Shown here: in pieces, positions 38,492 to 49,954 of the stretch | Numbering within the stretch: position 1 is the first letter of the stretch | How the letters are laid out: each line of letters starts with the position of its first letter | Assembly: GCA_965223795.1 (NCBI GenBank) | Contig: CBDCXL010000002.1 | Span: 640,001-704,000, forward strand | Length of the DNA stretch: 64,000 nt | From: Nitrospinales bacterium | GTDB lineage: Bacteria; Nitrospinota; Nitrospinia; Nitrospinales; VA-1 | Reading direction: 5' to 3' | Program-made: the position numbers and the translations under genes | The notes under the pieces: generated by a model | Databases searched by the model: none | What the model was told of the DNA's origin: nothing | The model's input: only the letters and a program-made list of their open reading frames with translations

Positions 38492-40879
38492 ATGAATGCC
38501 CCGGATGCAGCTTCTGAGCCCGGCCCGCACCGGGTTCTCGACCAGTCGGTCGCGCTTCTGGGCTGGGACCTGATCCAGAACGCCCTCGCCGGTTACGCCC
38601 ACTCCTCCCTCACCGAGTCGACCTGCCGTACCCTGCTGCCGCAGTCTGACTTCGAATTGTCGCAACAGGCGCTGGAAACCACCGCGGAAATGGTATCGCT
38701 TCTGGATTCGGACGCCCCGTTTCCCATCGCCCCTTTCGATGACATCGGGCCGGTCATCGCAAAAGCCGCGGAAAACCGCATCCTCGAGCCTAAATCCTGC
38801 CTTCAGATTTTAAAGCTGCTGCGCCTGAGCCGGAACTTAAAACGCGCGCTGGAGAAAACCTCCGAGGCACCGCGGCTGGCGGACCTGGGCGGGAAGCTCG
38901 ATCCCCTGCCCTCCCTGCTCAAAGAGCTGGAAAACACGATCGACGAGGACGGAGAGATCCAGGAAAACGCCACGCCGGAGCTCAAAGAAGCGGTGCGCGA
39001 AGCGGCGGCGGCAAAACACAAGCTGGAAAGCAAGCTGGACAAGCTGCGCGATTCGCTCCGGGATTCGCTTCAGGACAGCTACATCACCGAACGCGAAGGC
39101 CGGCTGGTGCTGCCGGTGAACGCGGATTTCAAATCGCGCATCGACGGGATCGTGCACGACAGTTCGGGCAGCGGGCAGACGCTGTTCGTGGAACCGACTT
39201 CCGTGATCCCGCTGAACAACCAGCTCAAGATCTGCCGGCTGCGCATCGAGCAGGAGAAGATCCGCATCCTGCAATCCCTGGCGGCGCTCACGCTGGAGAA
39301 CCAGGACGCGCTGCTCGCCAACCTGGAAACGATGGCGGCGCTGGACGGCATCCACTGCAAGGCGCGGCTGGCGAAAACGATGCAGGCCAGGCTCTGCCCG
39401 ATCAGCCTGGACGGCGAAGTGAACCTCATCCAGGCGCGCAACCCGGAACTGATCCTCAACAAGCAGGACGTGGTTCCCAACGACATCCGCTGGGACGCGT
39501 CGGTGCGCGTGCTCATCATCTCCGGCCCCAACACCGGCGGCAAGACGGTGACGCTCAAAACCGTGGGACTTTTGTCTCTCATGGCGCGTGCGGGCCTGTT
39601 CCTGCCGGTGGCGGAAGGCTCGCGCATGCGCTTTTTCGATACGGTGTTCGCGGACATCGGCGACGACCAGAACATCCGGCTCAACCTCTCGACGTTCTCG
39701 GCGCACCTGGAAAAAATCGTGCACATCACGAAACATGCCCGTCCGGGCACGCTCATTCTGCTCGACGAACTCGGCATCGCCACCGAACCGGCGGAAGGCG
39801 CGGCGCTGGCCGAGGCGATCCTGCTGGATCTCAAGCGCAAGGACGTGGTCACTCTGGTTTCGACGCATTACCATTCGCTCAAGATGCTGGCGCAGACGCA
39901 GGAAGGGTTCCTGAACGCCTGCACGGAATTCGACGCCCATTCGCTGAGCCCGACCTACCGGCTGATCTTCGGCGCGCCCGGCCACAGTAACGCGCTGGAA
40001 ACGGCGCAGCGTCTGGGCCTCGATCCCGGTATCATCGAGGCGGCGCGCGGCATCCACGCCGCCACCGACACGCGCGCGGAATCGTTTCTCAAGGATCTCA
40101 CCGAGCAGCGCCTGAAGCTCGAGCAGGAAACCGACCGCGTGCGGACGCAGCGCAAGGAACTCGACGCCCTTACAAAAGAACAGAAGTCGCTGACCGAAAC
40201 ACTGCGCGAAGAGGAAAAGGAATTCAAGAAGAACCGGTCCAAGCGCATGCAGGCGCACATCCGCGAGGCCAAGGCGCAGATCCGCCGGATGATCCAGGGA
40301 ATCAAGGGCACCAAAGACATCGCCAAGGTCCGCAAGGCCGAGAAGAAAATCACCGCGCTGGGTCGCGTTCCGTTGTCGGCGCAGGTGCAGGACCACGCCG
40401 GCTGGGAGGTGCCGGCGGACAAACTGGCGGTGGGCGACAAGGTGCTGGTGACGAGTTACGGCGCGTTCGGTGTGCTGCTGGAACCGCCGGGCCAGAAATC
40501 GAGAGTCCACATCCAGATGGGCAACCTGAAAACGGTGGTGGATCTCAAGGAACTGCGCGGCCACCGAAACCGCAGCCGCCCGGCGAAACCGAAAGCGGCG
40601 CCGGTGGAGATCAAGGTGGAAAAAACCCGGCAGGCGAAACTGAAAACCACCTGCGATCTGCGCGGCATGGATTCGGAAACGGCGCTCACGGAGATGGAGC
40701 GGTTTTTAAGCCAGGCGGTGGTGAACCAGGTCCGCACTGTGACGCTGATCCACGGCCACGGCATGGGGACGCTGAAACATCTGGTGCGGGACTATCTCGG
40801 CAGCACCGGACTGTGCAAACAGTTTGAGCCCGGCAAGCTGGGCGAAGGCGGCGACGGCATCACGATCGTGGAGCTTTGA
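38492..40879 (+). CDS. mutS2: Endonuclease MutS2
   Basis: SGPNTGGKT, ADIGDDQ, STFSAH, LDELG; C-terminal Smr domain (IHGHGMG). Confidence 0.95.
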   Translation: MNAPDAASEPGPHRVLDQSVALLGWDLIQNALAGYAHSSLTESTCRTLLPQSDFELSQQALETTAEMVSLLDSDAPFPIAPFDDIGPVIAKAAENRILEPKSCLQILKLLRLSRNLKRALEKTSEAPRLADLGGKLDPLPSLLKELENTIDEDGEIQENATPELKEAVREAAAAKHKLESKLDKLRDSLRDSLQDSYITEREGRLVLPVNADFKSRIDGIVHDSSGSGQTLFVEPTSVIPLNNQLKICRLRIEQEKIRILQSLAALTLENQDALLANLETMAALDGIHCKARLAKTMQARLCPISLDGEVNLIQARNPELILNKQDVVPNDIRWDASVRVLIISGPNTGGKTVTLKTVGLLSLMARAGLFLPVAEGSRMRFFDTVFADIGDDQNIRLNLSTFSAHLEKIVHITKHARPGTLILLDELGIATEPAEGAALAEAILLDLKRKDVVTLVSTHYHSLKMLAQTQEGFLNACTEFDAHSLSPTYRLIFGAPGHSNALETAQRLGLDPGIIEAARGIHAATDTRAESFLKDLTEQRLKLEQETDRVRTQRKELDALTKEQKSLTETLREEEKEFKKNRSKRMQAHIREAKAQIRRMIQGIKGTKDIAKVRKAEKKITALGRVPLSAQVQDHAGWEVPADKLAVGDKVLVTSYGAFGVLLEPPGQKSRVHIQMGNLKTVVDLKELRGHRNRSRPAKPKAAPVEIKVEKTRQAKLKTTCDLRGMDSETALTEMERFLSQAVVNQVRTVTLIHGHGMGTLKHLVRDYLGSTGLCKQFEPGKLGEGGDGITIVEL

Positions 40880-40942
40880 GCGAGGAAGATTTGCTCGAAT
40901 AATAATTAAATTCGACGAATCGGAGAGACAAGTGCTTAACAG

Positions 40943-41689
40943 TCAGGAAGTTTGCTTTGCAATATTTTTTGGATCTATGTTCACGTTAAAATTTTTTAAT
41001 TCGTTACCTGTATAAGCGACAATATGAACGTTGTATTTCCGCTCCCCATCCACGACATTGACAGTGATATGATTCAACCAGTACGAATAACGATCCCCCT
41101 GATATTTTTTCACTCGCTCTAGAGCCTCCGCACCGACTGTACTGTAGGGGAGATATGCGAAGTATGCATACAACGTAAGCATGCAAATCGTTGCAACACC
41201 AAAGCCGGACCGCAACCAGTTTGTATTTCTTTTCTTATTAGGATTTCGGGTTTGCAATGCAGCCCAAATCGCATCGGTATCCAAGGATTTGTGAACCCAC
41301 CATAAAAAACCCAGCAAACCGCCATAGTAAAAAAGATCGAGCGTCAAACCCTGACTTCCTCGTATATATAAATAAATAATCAGCACCTTCCAGGGCATTA
41401 AAAGAAGCAACCCCAAGATTCCGGCTAAGAAAAACGCAAAAGAAAAAGCGGAACACCAAGCTATAGGACGAACGATCCACATTTTTTTCATCAATAAGAG
41501 GATGCCCGCCAGCCAAACTAAGATGAAATTCATGCTGATCTGCTTATCCGGACCCGGAGGATGAACCATCAGTATATAAAGATTGATTAAGAAACTCACA
41601 GCTCCCACAGCGATGAGCCCCCAACCCACCTTCCTCAAGGAATTGTTAAACTCCTCAGACTGATTTTTATCGACTGCTGTGTCTTGCAT
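40943..41689 (-). CDS. AT-rich multi-TM hypothetical membrane protein
   Basis: GGAGGAGG RBS before ATG 41689; about 5 TM segments; atypical base composition. Confidence 0.7.
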   Translation of the reverse strand: MQDTAVDKNQSEEFNNSLRKVGWGLIAVGAVSFLINLYILMVHPPGPDKQISMNFILVWLAGILLLMKKMWIVRPIAWCSAFSFAFFLAGILGLLLLMPWKVLIIYLYIRGSQGLTLDLFYYGGLLGFLWWVHKSLDTDAIWAALQTRNPNKKRNTNWLRSGFGVATICMLTLYAYFAYLPYSTVGAEALERVKKYQGDRYSYWLNHITVNVVDGERKYNVHIVAYTGNELKNFNVNIDPKNIAKQTS

Positions 41690-41958
41690 GCCCTCCTCCC
41701 AAATGGATTGCAAAAAACGCCAGCCACGATTAATACAAGAGTAATTGCGGTGCCAAACGAAAAACCTTGAAAAGCCAAGTGTTTGCATTCGGCCGGAAAC
41801 CGCGTTCTTTAGATTCGTTATGAAAAATCAGACGCTTTGACGTGGCGGGGTTGGGGCTTCAACCAGACTGGACGGGTTGGTACAATATTCGGAAATGGAT
41901 TAACGCGTTGTCAGTCCACCGACTGACTTTCAGATATTTTCGATGGAAGGAGACAGCG

Positions 41959-42543
41959 ATGAAACAGATGGAATTGTTCGGAGGGATGCTTTTGGTACTG
42001 GCTTATACATTTTCGGGCCCGTTCGCCGCGTTCGGCGAGGCGCCCACTCAGGTGAGCCTGAGAGGGCAGCCCCTGACCCTTTGGGGAAATGACTTGCAGG
42101 TGGGAAAAACACTCCCTCGGGTATCCCTTCCCGACGGATCGCTCAACATGGTCGACCTTTCCACCTTAAAAGGCAAGGTGACCCTCGTGAGTGTCGTTCC
42201 TTCCCTGGATACACCCACCTGCGAAGAACAGACGCACATCCTCAGCGAAAAAAACGGTGGCCTGGATCAATCCGTTGATCTCGTGACCATCAGCCGCGAC
42301 CTGCCGTTCGCGCAGACGCGTTTCGCGAAAAAAGCCAAGATGGCGAACATCCGGTTTCTGTCCGACTACCGGGATGCGGAGTTCGGCAAAGCTTCCGGTC
42401 TTCTCATGAAGGAAAACCGCCTGCTGGCCCGGGCGATCCTGGTGCTGGACCGTGAGGGCGTCATCCGCTATCTGGAAATCGTGCCGGAGTTGAGCGCGCT
42501 TCCCAAGATGCAGGAGGCCTTCGAGTTCGCCCGCAACCTGTGA
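41959..42543 (+). CDS. tpx: Thiol peroxidase, Tpx family, probably exported
   Basis: AAGGAG RBS; PSLDTPTC, ISRDLPFAQ and LLARA motifs; N-terminal hydrophobic leader. Confidence 0.85.
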   Translation: MKQMELFGGMLLVLAYTFSGPFAAFGEAPTQVSLRGQPLTLWGNDLQVGKTLPRVSLPDGSLNMVDLSTLKGKVTLVSVVPSLDTPTCEEQTHILSEKNGGLDQSVDLVTISRDLPFAQTRFAKKAKMANIRFLSDYRDAEFGKASGLLMKENRLLARAILVLDREGVIRYLEIVPELSALPKMQEAFEFARNL

Positions 42544-42624
42544 ACCGGATTGTGTTTTGCTGCTTATTTATCAGCCGGTTCAGACTGTTTAACGACCGTA
42601 TGGCGAAACGACTTTAACGAAAAA

Positions 42625-42752
42625 TCGCCCGGATGGGAAAATCGCGCGTGGGATGGATCGGAGCCATCATTTAGACGGCGGGAGACAGTTCGGGTAATGT
42701 GGACAGAATGGATAGGGTCGGAGCGGAAAAAGCAAAACCGGTTTTTACCGCA
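42625..42752 (+). ncRNA. Candidate GGA-rich (CsrB/Rsm-like) sRNA
   Basis: 10 GGA motifs in 42631-42727, some in hairpin loops, plus a 3' stem. Confidence 0.25.
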
Positions 42753-42780
42753 ACATTCACAGGGTGACGACGCTATGAGC

Positions 42781-42824
42781 GCCCCCTCACCTTTTTCCTC
42801 TCCCCCCAATGGGGGGAGAGGAGG
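42781..42824. repeat. CCCCTCACC..CCTCTCCC/GGGAGAGG-type palindromic element
   Basis: cctctcccccc-aat-ggggggagagg hairpin preceded by cccctcacc. Confidence 0.6.
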
Positions 42825-42877
42825 TAGACTACGCGAATTCCAGCCTCGGTTTTAATTAGGCTCCATCCAAGGTCTGC

Positions 42878-42900
42878 CCCTTCGGCAGGCTCAGGGTGAC
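42878..42900. repeat. REP-like palindrome, half copy 4
   Basis: cccttcggcaggctcagggtgac. Confidence 0.8.
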
Positions 42901-42918
42901 GGACCGGCGGGACTGCGT

Positions 42919-45846
42919 TCAGTTGAACACGGGCACCAGTTCGTCGAACACGGGCTTCGCCTTTTTGATCTTCTCTTCGTTGCCGAGCACGCAGACGTTT
43001 CCGGATTCCTTGACTTTCTGAAACAGCGGCGCGAAGGCTTTGAGATCCTCAAGCTTGGTGGAAAGCAGTTCGTCGCGGTGCTTCTGCTTGAGCTCGACCG
43101 TGCGGCCGGTGAGGTGCTCGATCATCGAGATGGAGCCCTTGCGGTCGGGCGAGAGCGGCGGGTCGAGATGCCCGACGCAGCCGATGATGATCTTTTTCAG
43201 CTCGTCCGCGGACAAGTCCAGATTGGCGATGAAGTCGGCGATTTCGTCGTACACGCCCAGGGTCTCGGTCAGGTTCGGGTCGCGGTAGGAGACGAGGCCG
43301 AAGTCGCCGGTGTAGTACTCGAACGAATTGGAGCAGCCGTACGCGCCGCCCTGCATGCGCACCTTCTCCCACAGAAAGCCGGTGCTGAGCAGGGACTTGA
43401 TGACGTTGAAGCGGCCGCTGTATTCGAAGCCCAGGTCGTAGAGATTGGCGCCCTTGCCCACGTACTGCACGGTGCTGGCGGTGAGAAAGGCTTCGTTGCC
43501 GGGCACGGGATCGAGATCCAGCACCGCTTCGGGCTGCGTTTTATCGGAAATCACGCCCATCAACCCCTGCACTCTTTTTTCAATCTCGGGGTAGCCTTTG
43601 CTCTCGCAGGTGATGTTGACGAGCGTGTTCTCTTTCGTGAACAGGTATCCCGCCACTTCGCGGAATGTTTCCGCCACTTCGGCCGGCTTGCTTTGCACGC
43701 GTTTGAGCAGATCCTCGAGAAATTTATAATAGGTGATCCCGTCGGTCAGCTCGTCGAAGCGTCCGAGCCGCGACTGGTAGGACTGCAGCCGCGCCAGCAC
43801 GTACTGGTTGCCCTGCGGGATGATGGAGTCCTCCATGTCGGACTTGGCGCTGCGGATGATCTCGGCGAGCCGCTTGTGGTTGTCGAAATTGAATTCGCCG
43901 ATCAGCTCGGCAAAGATCTCAAACAGCGGGTCGAGTTTCTCGAATAGGGTCTTGCCGTTGAAGAAGATGTAGGAAACGATGTCCTGCCGGTCGCGCACGG
44001 TGGCGGAGGAAAAATGCGACGAGCGGATGCCGCCGGTGTGGATGCCCAGCGCCTTGGAGACGGCCACGTAGTCGCGGCGGTTCGTCCCCATTCCCAGGAT
44101 CAACCTGCCGATCAGCGGCAAATACTGGATGAGCGGCATGGGTACGGCGCGCGTGTTGAACCCGATCTGGGTGTAGGCGACGTTGTTGGTGAACAGGTCG
44201 TGGTACAGGATTTTCGGCGGCCCCTGCTGTTTGATCTCCAGCGGGTAGTCCTCGCTCTCCCGGCGGATGTCCTCGATCCCCAGCGTGGGCAGGGTCGCCA
44301 GCGCCTCGGGTGTGTCCGGCGTGACCTGTATCCTCTGCAACGTGCGGGTGCGCTCCACCAGCGCTTCCAGCTCCTCGGGCTTCAGCCCGGCCTTGAATGT
44401 GCGCAGCTGCTTGCGTGCCTTGGCGTCGCGCTTTTTCGCCAGGCCCGGCTTGGGCACGGCGACGATGATGCTCTGGTGGTTGTTGTCGAGCAGGTATTTG
44501 CGGATCAGCTTCTCGAAATAACCTTCCTTCGATTTCTTTTTGATCCGGCTCATGAATTTCTCGTACTTGAGATGCAGGGTCGGGTCGGCGTCGTACAGCC
44601 AGGAATTCAGCGCCTGGATGTTGTAGACGATGCCCTTGGCGAAGCCGCCGAAATTGGCTTCGCGCAGCTTGAAGTCGATGGTGTTGACGGCGGACTCGAT
44701 CATGTCCGGCTCGATGCCGTTGTCGGCGAGATCCTTCAGCGTCGAAAAAATGAGGTCGAGGATCTTTTCCTCGTGCTCGGCCTCGGTGCCCTTGAGCCCG
44801 ACGGCGAACATCGTCTCGGCGCGCTGATCGTCGAAACCGCCGCCCATCACCTCGCTGCCGAGTTCGGAATCCATGAGGGCCTTGCGCAGCGGCGAGGCGC
44901 TGGTGCCGAGCAGGAGGTAGCTCAAGATATTGAAGCCCAGGCAGTGCTCGTAGTCGGTGGCCTTGCCGAGCTTCAGGCCGGTGACGATGAAGGTTTTCTT
45001 TTCCAGGGATTCGTCGCCGGAGACGGGATAGTGGATCACCTTGCGCTTGGGCTTGACGAATTTTCGCTGCAGGGCGATGGAAGAATCGACCTGTTTGCGC
45101 TCAAATTCCTTCAAGTATTCCTCCTGAATGAAGCGCAGGTATTCCGCCGTGTCGCCATCACCGTAGAGAAAGATGCGGCTGTTGGAGGGGTGGTAGTATT
45201 TTTCGTGAAACTGCTTGAACTCCTCGTAGGTCAGCTCGGGAATGGCTTCGGGGTCGCCGCCGGACTCGTAGCCGTAGGTGGTCTTGGGAAACAGGGAATG
45301 CGACAGATAGCGGTCGATGATGTTCTCGGGGCTGGAAAACACGCCCTTCATCTCGTTGAACACGACGCCCTTGTACACGATGTCCTGATCGGGGGCTTCC
45401 AGTTCGTGGTGCCAGCCTTCCTGCATGAAGATGTCCTCTGTGATGCGCGGGAAAAACACGGCATCGAGGTAGACGCTCATCAGGTTTCTGAAGTCCTTGT
45501 GGTTGCGGCTGGCGACGGGGTACATGGTCTTGTCGGGAAAGGTCATGGCGTTGAGGAAGGTCTGCAGGCTTCCTTTCACCAGCTCCATGAACGGTTCGCG
45601 GACCGGGTATTTGCGCGACCCGCACAACACGCTGTGCTCCAGGATGTGGGCGACGCCGCGGTCGTTTTCCGGCGGCGTGCGGAAGGTGACGCTGAACACC
45701 TTGTTGTCGTCGTCGTTTTCCAATATCAGAACCTCGGCTCCGGTCACTTCGTGCTCGAAATGCAGCGACCGGGAATTGAGCTCCTTGATCGTTTCCTGTT
45801 TGATCAGTTTGAATCCATGTAAGGATTGACCGGTCTCATATTGCAT
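42919..45846 (-). CDS. M16C insulinase-family metallopeptidase (PreP-like)
   Basis: HILEHSVLCGS, FLNAMT, KGVVFNEMKG and VRMQGGAYG motifs. Confidence 0.94.
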   Translation of the reverse strand: MQYETGQSLHGFKLIKQETIKELNSRSLHFEHEVTGAEVLILENDDDNKVFSVTFRTPPENDRGVAHILEHSVLCGSRKYPVREPFMELVKGSLQTFLNAMTFPDKTMYPVASRNHKDFRNLMSVYLDAVFFPRITEDIFMQEGWHHELEAPDQDIVYKGVVFNEMKGVFSSPENIIDRYLSHSLFPKTTYGYESGGDPEAIPELTYEEFKQFHEKYYHPSNSRIFLYGDGDTAEYLRFIQEEYLKEFERKQVDSSIALQRKFVKPKRKVIHYPVSGDESLEKKTFIVTGLKLGKATDYEHCLGFNILSYLLLGTSASPLRKALMDSELGSEVMGGGFDDQRAETMFAVGLKGTEAEHEEKILDLIFSTLKDLADNGIEPDMIESAVNTIDFKLREANFGGFAKGIVYNIQALNSWLYDADPTLHLKYEKFMSRIKKKSKEGYFEKLIRKYLLDNNHQSIIVAVPKPGLAKKRDAKARKQLRTFKAGLKPEELEALVERTRTLQRIQVTPDTPEALATLPTLGIEDIRRESEDYPLEIKQQGPPKILYHDLFTNNVAYTQIGFNTRAVPMPLIQYLPLIGRLILGMGTNRRDYVAVSKALGIHTGGIRSSHFSSATVRDRQDIVSYIFFNGKTLFEKLDPLFEIFAELIGEFNFDNHKRLAEIIRSAKSDMEDSIIPQGNQYVLARLQSYQSRLGRFDELTDGITYYKFLEDLLKRVQSKPAEVAETFREVAGYLFTKENTLVNITCESKGYPEIEKRVQGLMGVISDKTQPEAVLDLDPVPGNEAFLTASTVQYVGKGANLYDLGFEYSGRFNVIKSLLSTGFLWEKVRMQGGAYGCSNSFEYYTGDFGLVSYRDPNLTETLGVYDEIADFIANLDLSADELKKIIIGCVGHLDPPLSPDRKGSISMIEHLTGRTVELKQKHRDELLSTKLEDLKAFAPLFQKVKESGNVCVLGNEEKIKKAKPVFDELVPVFN

Positions 45847-45993
45847 GTATCGCCTCTATGGAAAGTATTCCTTGCGAGAAGGATCGTGTGATTTTGAATG
45901 CCCGTGACGGGCCCGGTGATCGGGGACTGCTACGATGCTACCCCAGCCAAAGGGTGGATGCAAATCGGCGGCGCAAAATGCGGGAAAATGGCT

Positions 45994-46758
45994 TTACGTG
46001 GAGCGGATGTCCAGCCCGATGGGGCAATGGTCGGAGCCCATGACCTCGGGCCGGATGAAGGAATCCTTCACTTTGCCTACCAGATCCTCGGTGACGAAAA
46101 AATAGTCGATCCGCCACCCGATGTTGCGGGCGCGCGCGTTGGCCCGGTAGGTCCACCAGGTGTACTGGTCCGGTTCGGGGTGGAACAGGCGGAAGGTGTC
46201 GACGTAACCGTGGGCGATGAATTTGTCGATCCAGGCCCGCTCGATGGGAAGGAAGCCGGAGTTTTTTTCATTCGCCTTGGCGTTTTTCAGGTCGATGGGC
46301 TTGTGCGCCGTGTTCACGTCTCCGGTGATGACGAGCTTCTTCCCTTCCCTGCGCAGCGCTTCGCAGTGATCGAGGAACGCATCGTAAAACTCCATCTTGA
46401 ACTGCAGGCGTTCGTCGCCGGAGGTGCCGTTGGGGAAATACACGTTCAGCAGATCGAAGTTCTTAAACTCGGTGCGGATGATGCGGCCCTCGACGTCGAA
46501 CCGTTCGATGCCCATGCCCAGGGTCTGGGAGCGGGCTTTCTTTTTCGTGAAGGTGGCGACGCCGCTGTAACCTTTGCGCTGGGCCGGGTTCCACACGGCG
46601 TGATAGCCCTCGGAGACCAGTTCCGCGTCGAGCTGTTCGGGGTGGGCCTTGATCTCCTGCAGGCAGAGCACATCGGGCGCTTCGGCCTGAAACCATTCGA
46701 GGAACCCTTTTTTCAAGACGGCGCGGATTCCATTGACGTTCCAGCTGATGATCTTCAT
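45994..46758 (-). CDS. xth: Exodeoxyribonuclease III / AP endonuclease
   Basis: [32 protein letters not shown] and SDHCP motifs. Confidence 0.95.
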   Translation of the reverse strand: MKIISWNVNGIRAVLKKGFLEWFQAEAPDVLCLQEIKAHPEQLDAELVSEGYHAVWNPAQRKGYSGVATFTKKKARSQTLGMGIERFDVEGRIIRTEFKNFDLLNVYFPNGTSGDERLQFKMEFYDAFLDHCEALRREGKKLVITGDVNTAHKPIDLKNAKANEKNSGFLPIERAWIDKFIAHGYVDTFRLFHPEPDQYTWWTYRANARARNIGWRIDYFFVTEDLVGKVKDSFIRPEVMGSDHCPIGLDIRST

Positions 46759-46883
46759 GGCGTGCGCCCCTTTGAAAGTCGGCAAAGGGGAAAAGCATAA
46801 GGCAAGCGCGGGCGGCATTCAAGCGGATTGGAGGCAGAAACGGTATCGCACACAACCTGGGGCAGGCACGGCGCGGTGGGCAT

Positions 46884-46918
46884 AAAAAAACCCGGCAAAG
46901 CGGGCGCTTCGCCGGGTT
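46884..46918 (-). terminator. Intrinsic terminator of the minus-strand csp
   Basis: AACCCGGC..GCCGGG stem followed by U7. Confidence 0.85.
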
Positions 46919-46936
46919 CAGGGGTTTGCCCCCTGC

Positions 46937-47137
46937 CTATCTCGGTTTGACATTGGCGGCCTGCGGACCCTTGGGGCCGGAGTTGGTCTCAAACTCGACC
47001 TCCTGTCCTTCCTTCAGCGTCTTGAACCCATCCCCCATGATCGCTGAATAGTGCACAAAAATGTCTTCTCCATCCTGGGATTCGATGAAACCATAGCCTT
47101 TTTTGTCGCTGAACCACTTTACTTTTCCCTCAGACAT
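46937..47137 (-). CDS. Cold-shock protein
   Basis: [17 protein letters not shown] and GPQA motifs; GAGGAGAGG RBS. Confidence 0.95.
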   Translation of the reverse strand: MSEGKVKWFSDKKGYGFIESQDGEDIFVHYSAIMGDGFKTLKEGQEVEFETNSGPKGPQAANVKPR

Positions 47138-47380
47138 AGCAACCTCTCCTCTCAAGCAGTAAAAGGCCTTCCACGATGAAACAGGCCCTACATTCGCGTG
47201 GAATACCACGGGTTGCAAGAAAATGTCAAGCGATTGATTCGGCAAACGGATACCGCTCTATAAATAACAATGGCTTAGAATTCGCCCATCGGGGCCTGAC
47301 TTTTTGCGCACAAACCGCTGCAAAAAAACGCGGGGAAATGCGGCGAAAGCGCTTAAACTAGACGGGCCGCCGAAGGAGGA

Positions 47381-48366
<986 letters not shown>

Positions 48367-48370
<4 letters not shown>

Positions 48371-49353
48371 AACCCAGCGAAAACAACGGAGATCTGCTTA
48401 AGGTGACGGATCTTCGCATGCATTTTCCGCTGAAAAAAGGATTCGGCAACGGTTCGGCAGCCCTTGTGCGGGCGGTGGACGGGATCAGCCTGCACCTGAA
48501 ACAGGGAGAAACGCTGGGGCTGGTGGGGGAATCGGGCTGCGGCAAATCGACGGCGGCACGGGCCATCCTGCGGCTGATCGAGCCGACCTCGGGCCAGGTC
48601 GTGTTTCAGGGCAAGGACCTGCGGACGCTTCCTGCGCGCGAGCTGCAGGCGCTCAGAAAGGACATGCAGATCATCTTTCAGGACCCCTACGCCTCGCTCA
48701 ATCCGAGAAAACGCATCGGCAAACTTCTGGAAGAACCGTTTGAAATTCACGGTTTTACGGACCGCAAGGAACGCGCCGACCGGGTGGCCGCCCTGCTCAC
48801 CAAAGTGGGGCTGGAGCCCGGACACGCGCGGCGGTTTCCGCACGAATTCTCCGGCGGCCAGAGACAGCGGGTGGGCATCGCGCGGGCCATTGCGCTGCAC
48901 CCCAGCCTGGTGGTGGCGGACGAGCCGGTATCGGCGCTCGATGTCTCGATCCGCGCGCAGGTGATGAACCTGCTGCAAAAACTCAAGCAATCGATGTCCA
49001 TTTCCTATCTGTTCATCTCGCACGACATGGCGCTGGTGGAACATTTCTGCGACCGGGTGGCGGTGATGTATCTGGGCAAGATCATCGAAACGGCGGACAG
49101 CGCCACGCTCTACCGCTCGCCGCGCCACCCTTACACCGAGGCGCTTCTGTCGGCGGTGCCCTCGATGGAGCCAGGCCATAAAAAACAACGACTTCGCGTC
49201 TCTGGAGATCTGCCCGACCCGGCCAGCCCGCCGAAAGGCTGCGCGTTTCACAGCCGCTGCCCGATCAAGGAGCCGCGCTGCGAGCAAAGCGCGCCTGCTC
49301 TCAAGGAAGTGGCTCCGGGGCATGCGGTCGCCTGTTTTCTCAGGGAATCCTGA
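48367..49353 (+). CDS. Oligopeptide/dipeptide ABC transporter ATPase (OppF/DppF)
   Basis: GESGCGKS, FSGGQRQR, DEPVSALD and HPYT motifs. Confidence 0.93.
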
Positions 49354-49656
49354 AACCGGCCCCAATTGGAAGGATTTGCCGAAGGCAAGAAAATTTTTGA
49401 ATTATTTTCGCCTGTTGGCAAAATTTTGTGCTAGTATTGTTCCAGATGGGTTGACTCAGGTCATTGGGCGGCGTTTTACAAAGCGCGCTCATGGTAAGAC
49501 AAAACAAATCTTTAAGGGTTTTATCCTCCCGGCCATCCGCAAGGATGGTTTTTTTATTTGTCAGCGTCTGGAACCGTTCAACCCGAATATTCATAAAGAG
49601 GCCGGCTCTCACATCGTATTCCGGATCTCTTTAAACATTTCAGGAGTACATCCAGC

Positions 49657-49857
49657 ATGGCAGTCGGAACAGTAAAGTGGTTTAATGAAAGTAAAGGTTA
49701 TGGTTTCATCGCTTCCGAAGATGGAGAAGATTGTTTCGTTCATTTTTCGGAAATCCAGGATTCGGGTTTCAAAACCCTGAGAGAAGGCCAGGAAGTGGAA
49801 TTTGAAAAAACGATGGGTCAGAAAGGCCCGCAGGCTTCCAAGGTGATTCCCAAGTAA
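49657..49857 (+). CDS. Cold-shock protein
   Basis: VKWFN..KGYGFI, FVHFS and GPQA motifs; AGGAG RBS. Confidence 0.95.
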   Translation: MAVGTVKWFNESKGYGFIASEDGEDCFVHFSEIQDSGFKTLREGQEVEFEKTMGQKGPQASKVIPK

Positions 49858-49874
49858 GTCAAACCTTTCAATTC

Positions 49875-49909
49875 AACCCGGCAAAGATGTTTCTTTGCCG
49901 GGTTTTTTA
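49875..49909 (+). terminator. Intrinsic terminator of the plus-strand csp
   Basis: AACCCGGCAAAGA..TCTTTGCCGGG followed by U6. Confidence 0.88.
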
Positions 49910-49954
49910 TGCCGTCCTGCCAGGCGGGGCGGTGAAACAAGATGGTGAGCAAGC

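Noticed and set aside
41739..41755. Sigma-54-like TTGGCACCGCAATTACT on the minus strand
   Set aside because: The -12 element is AC rather than GC; too weak to call.
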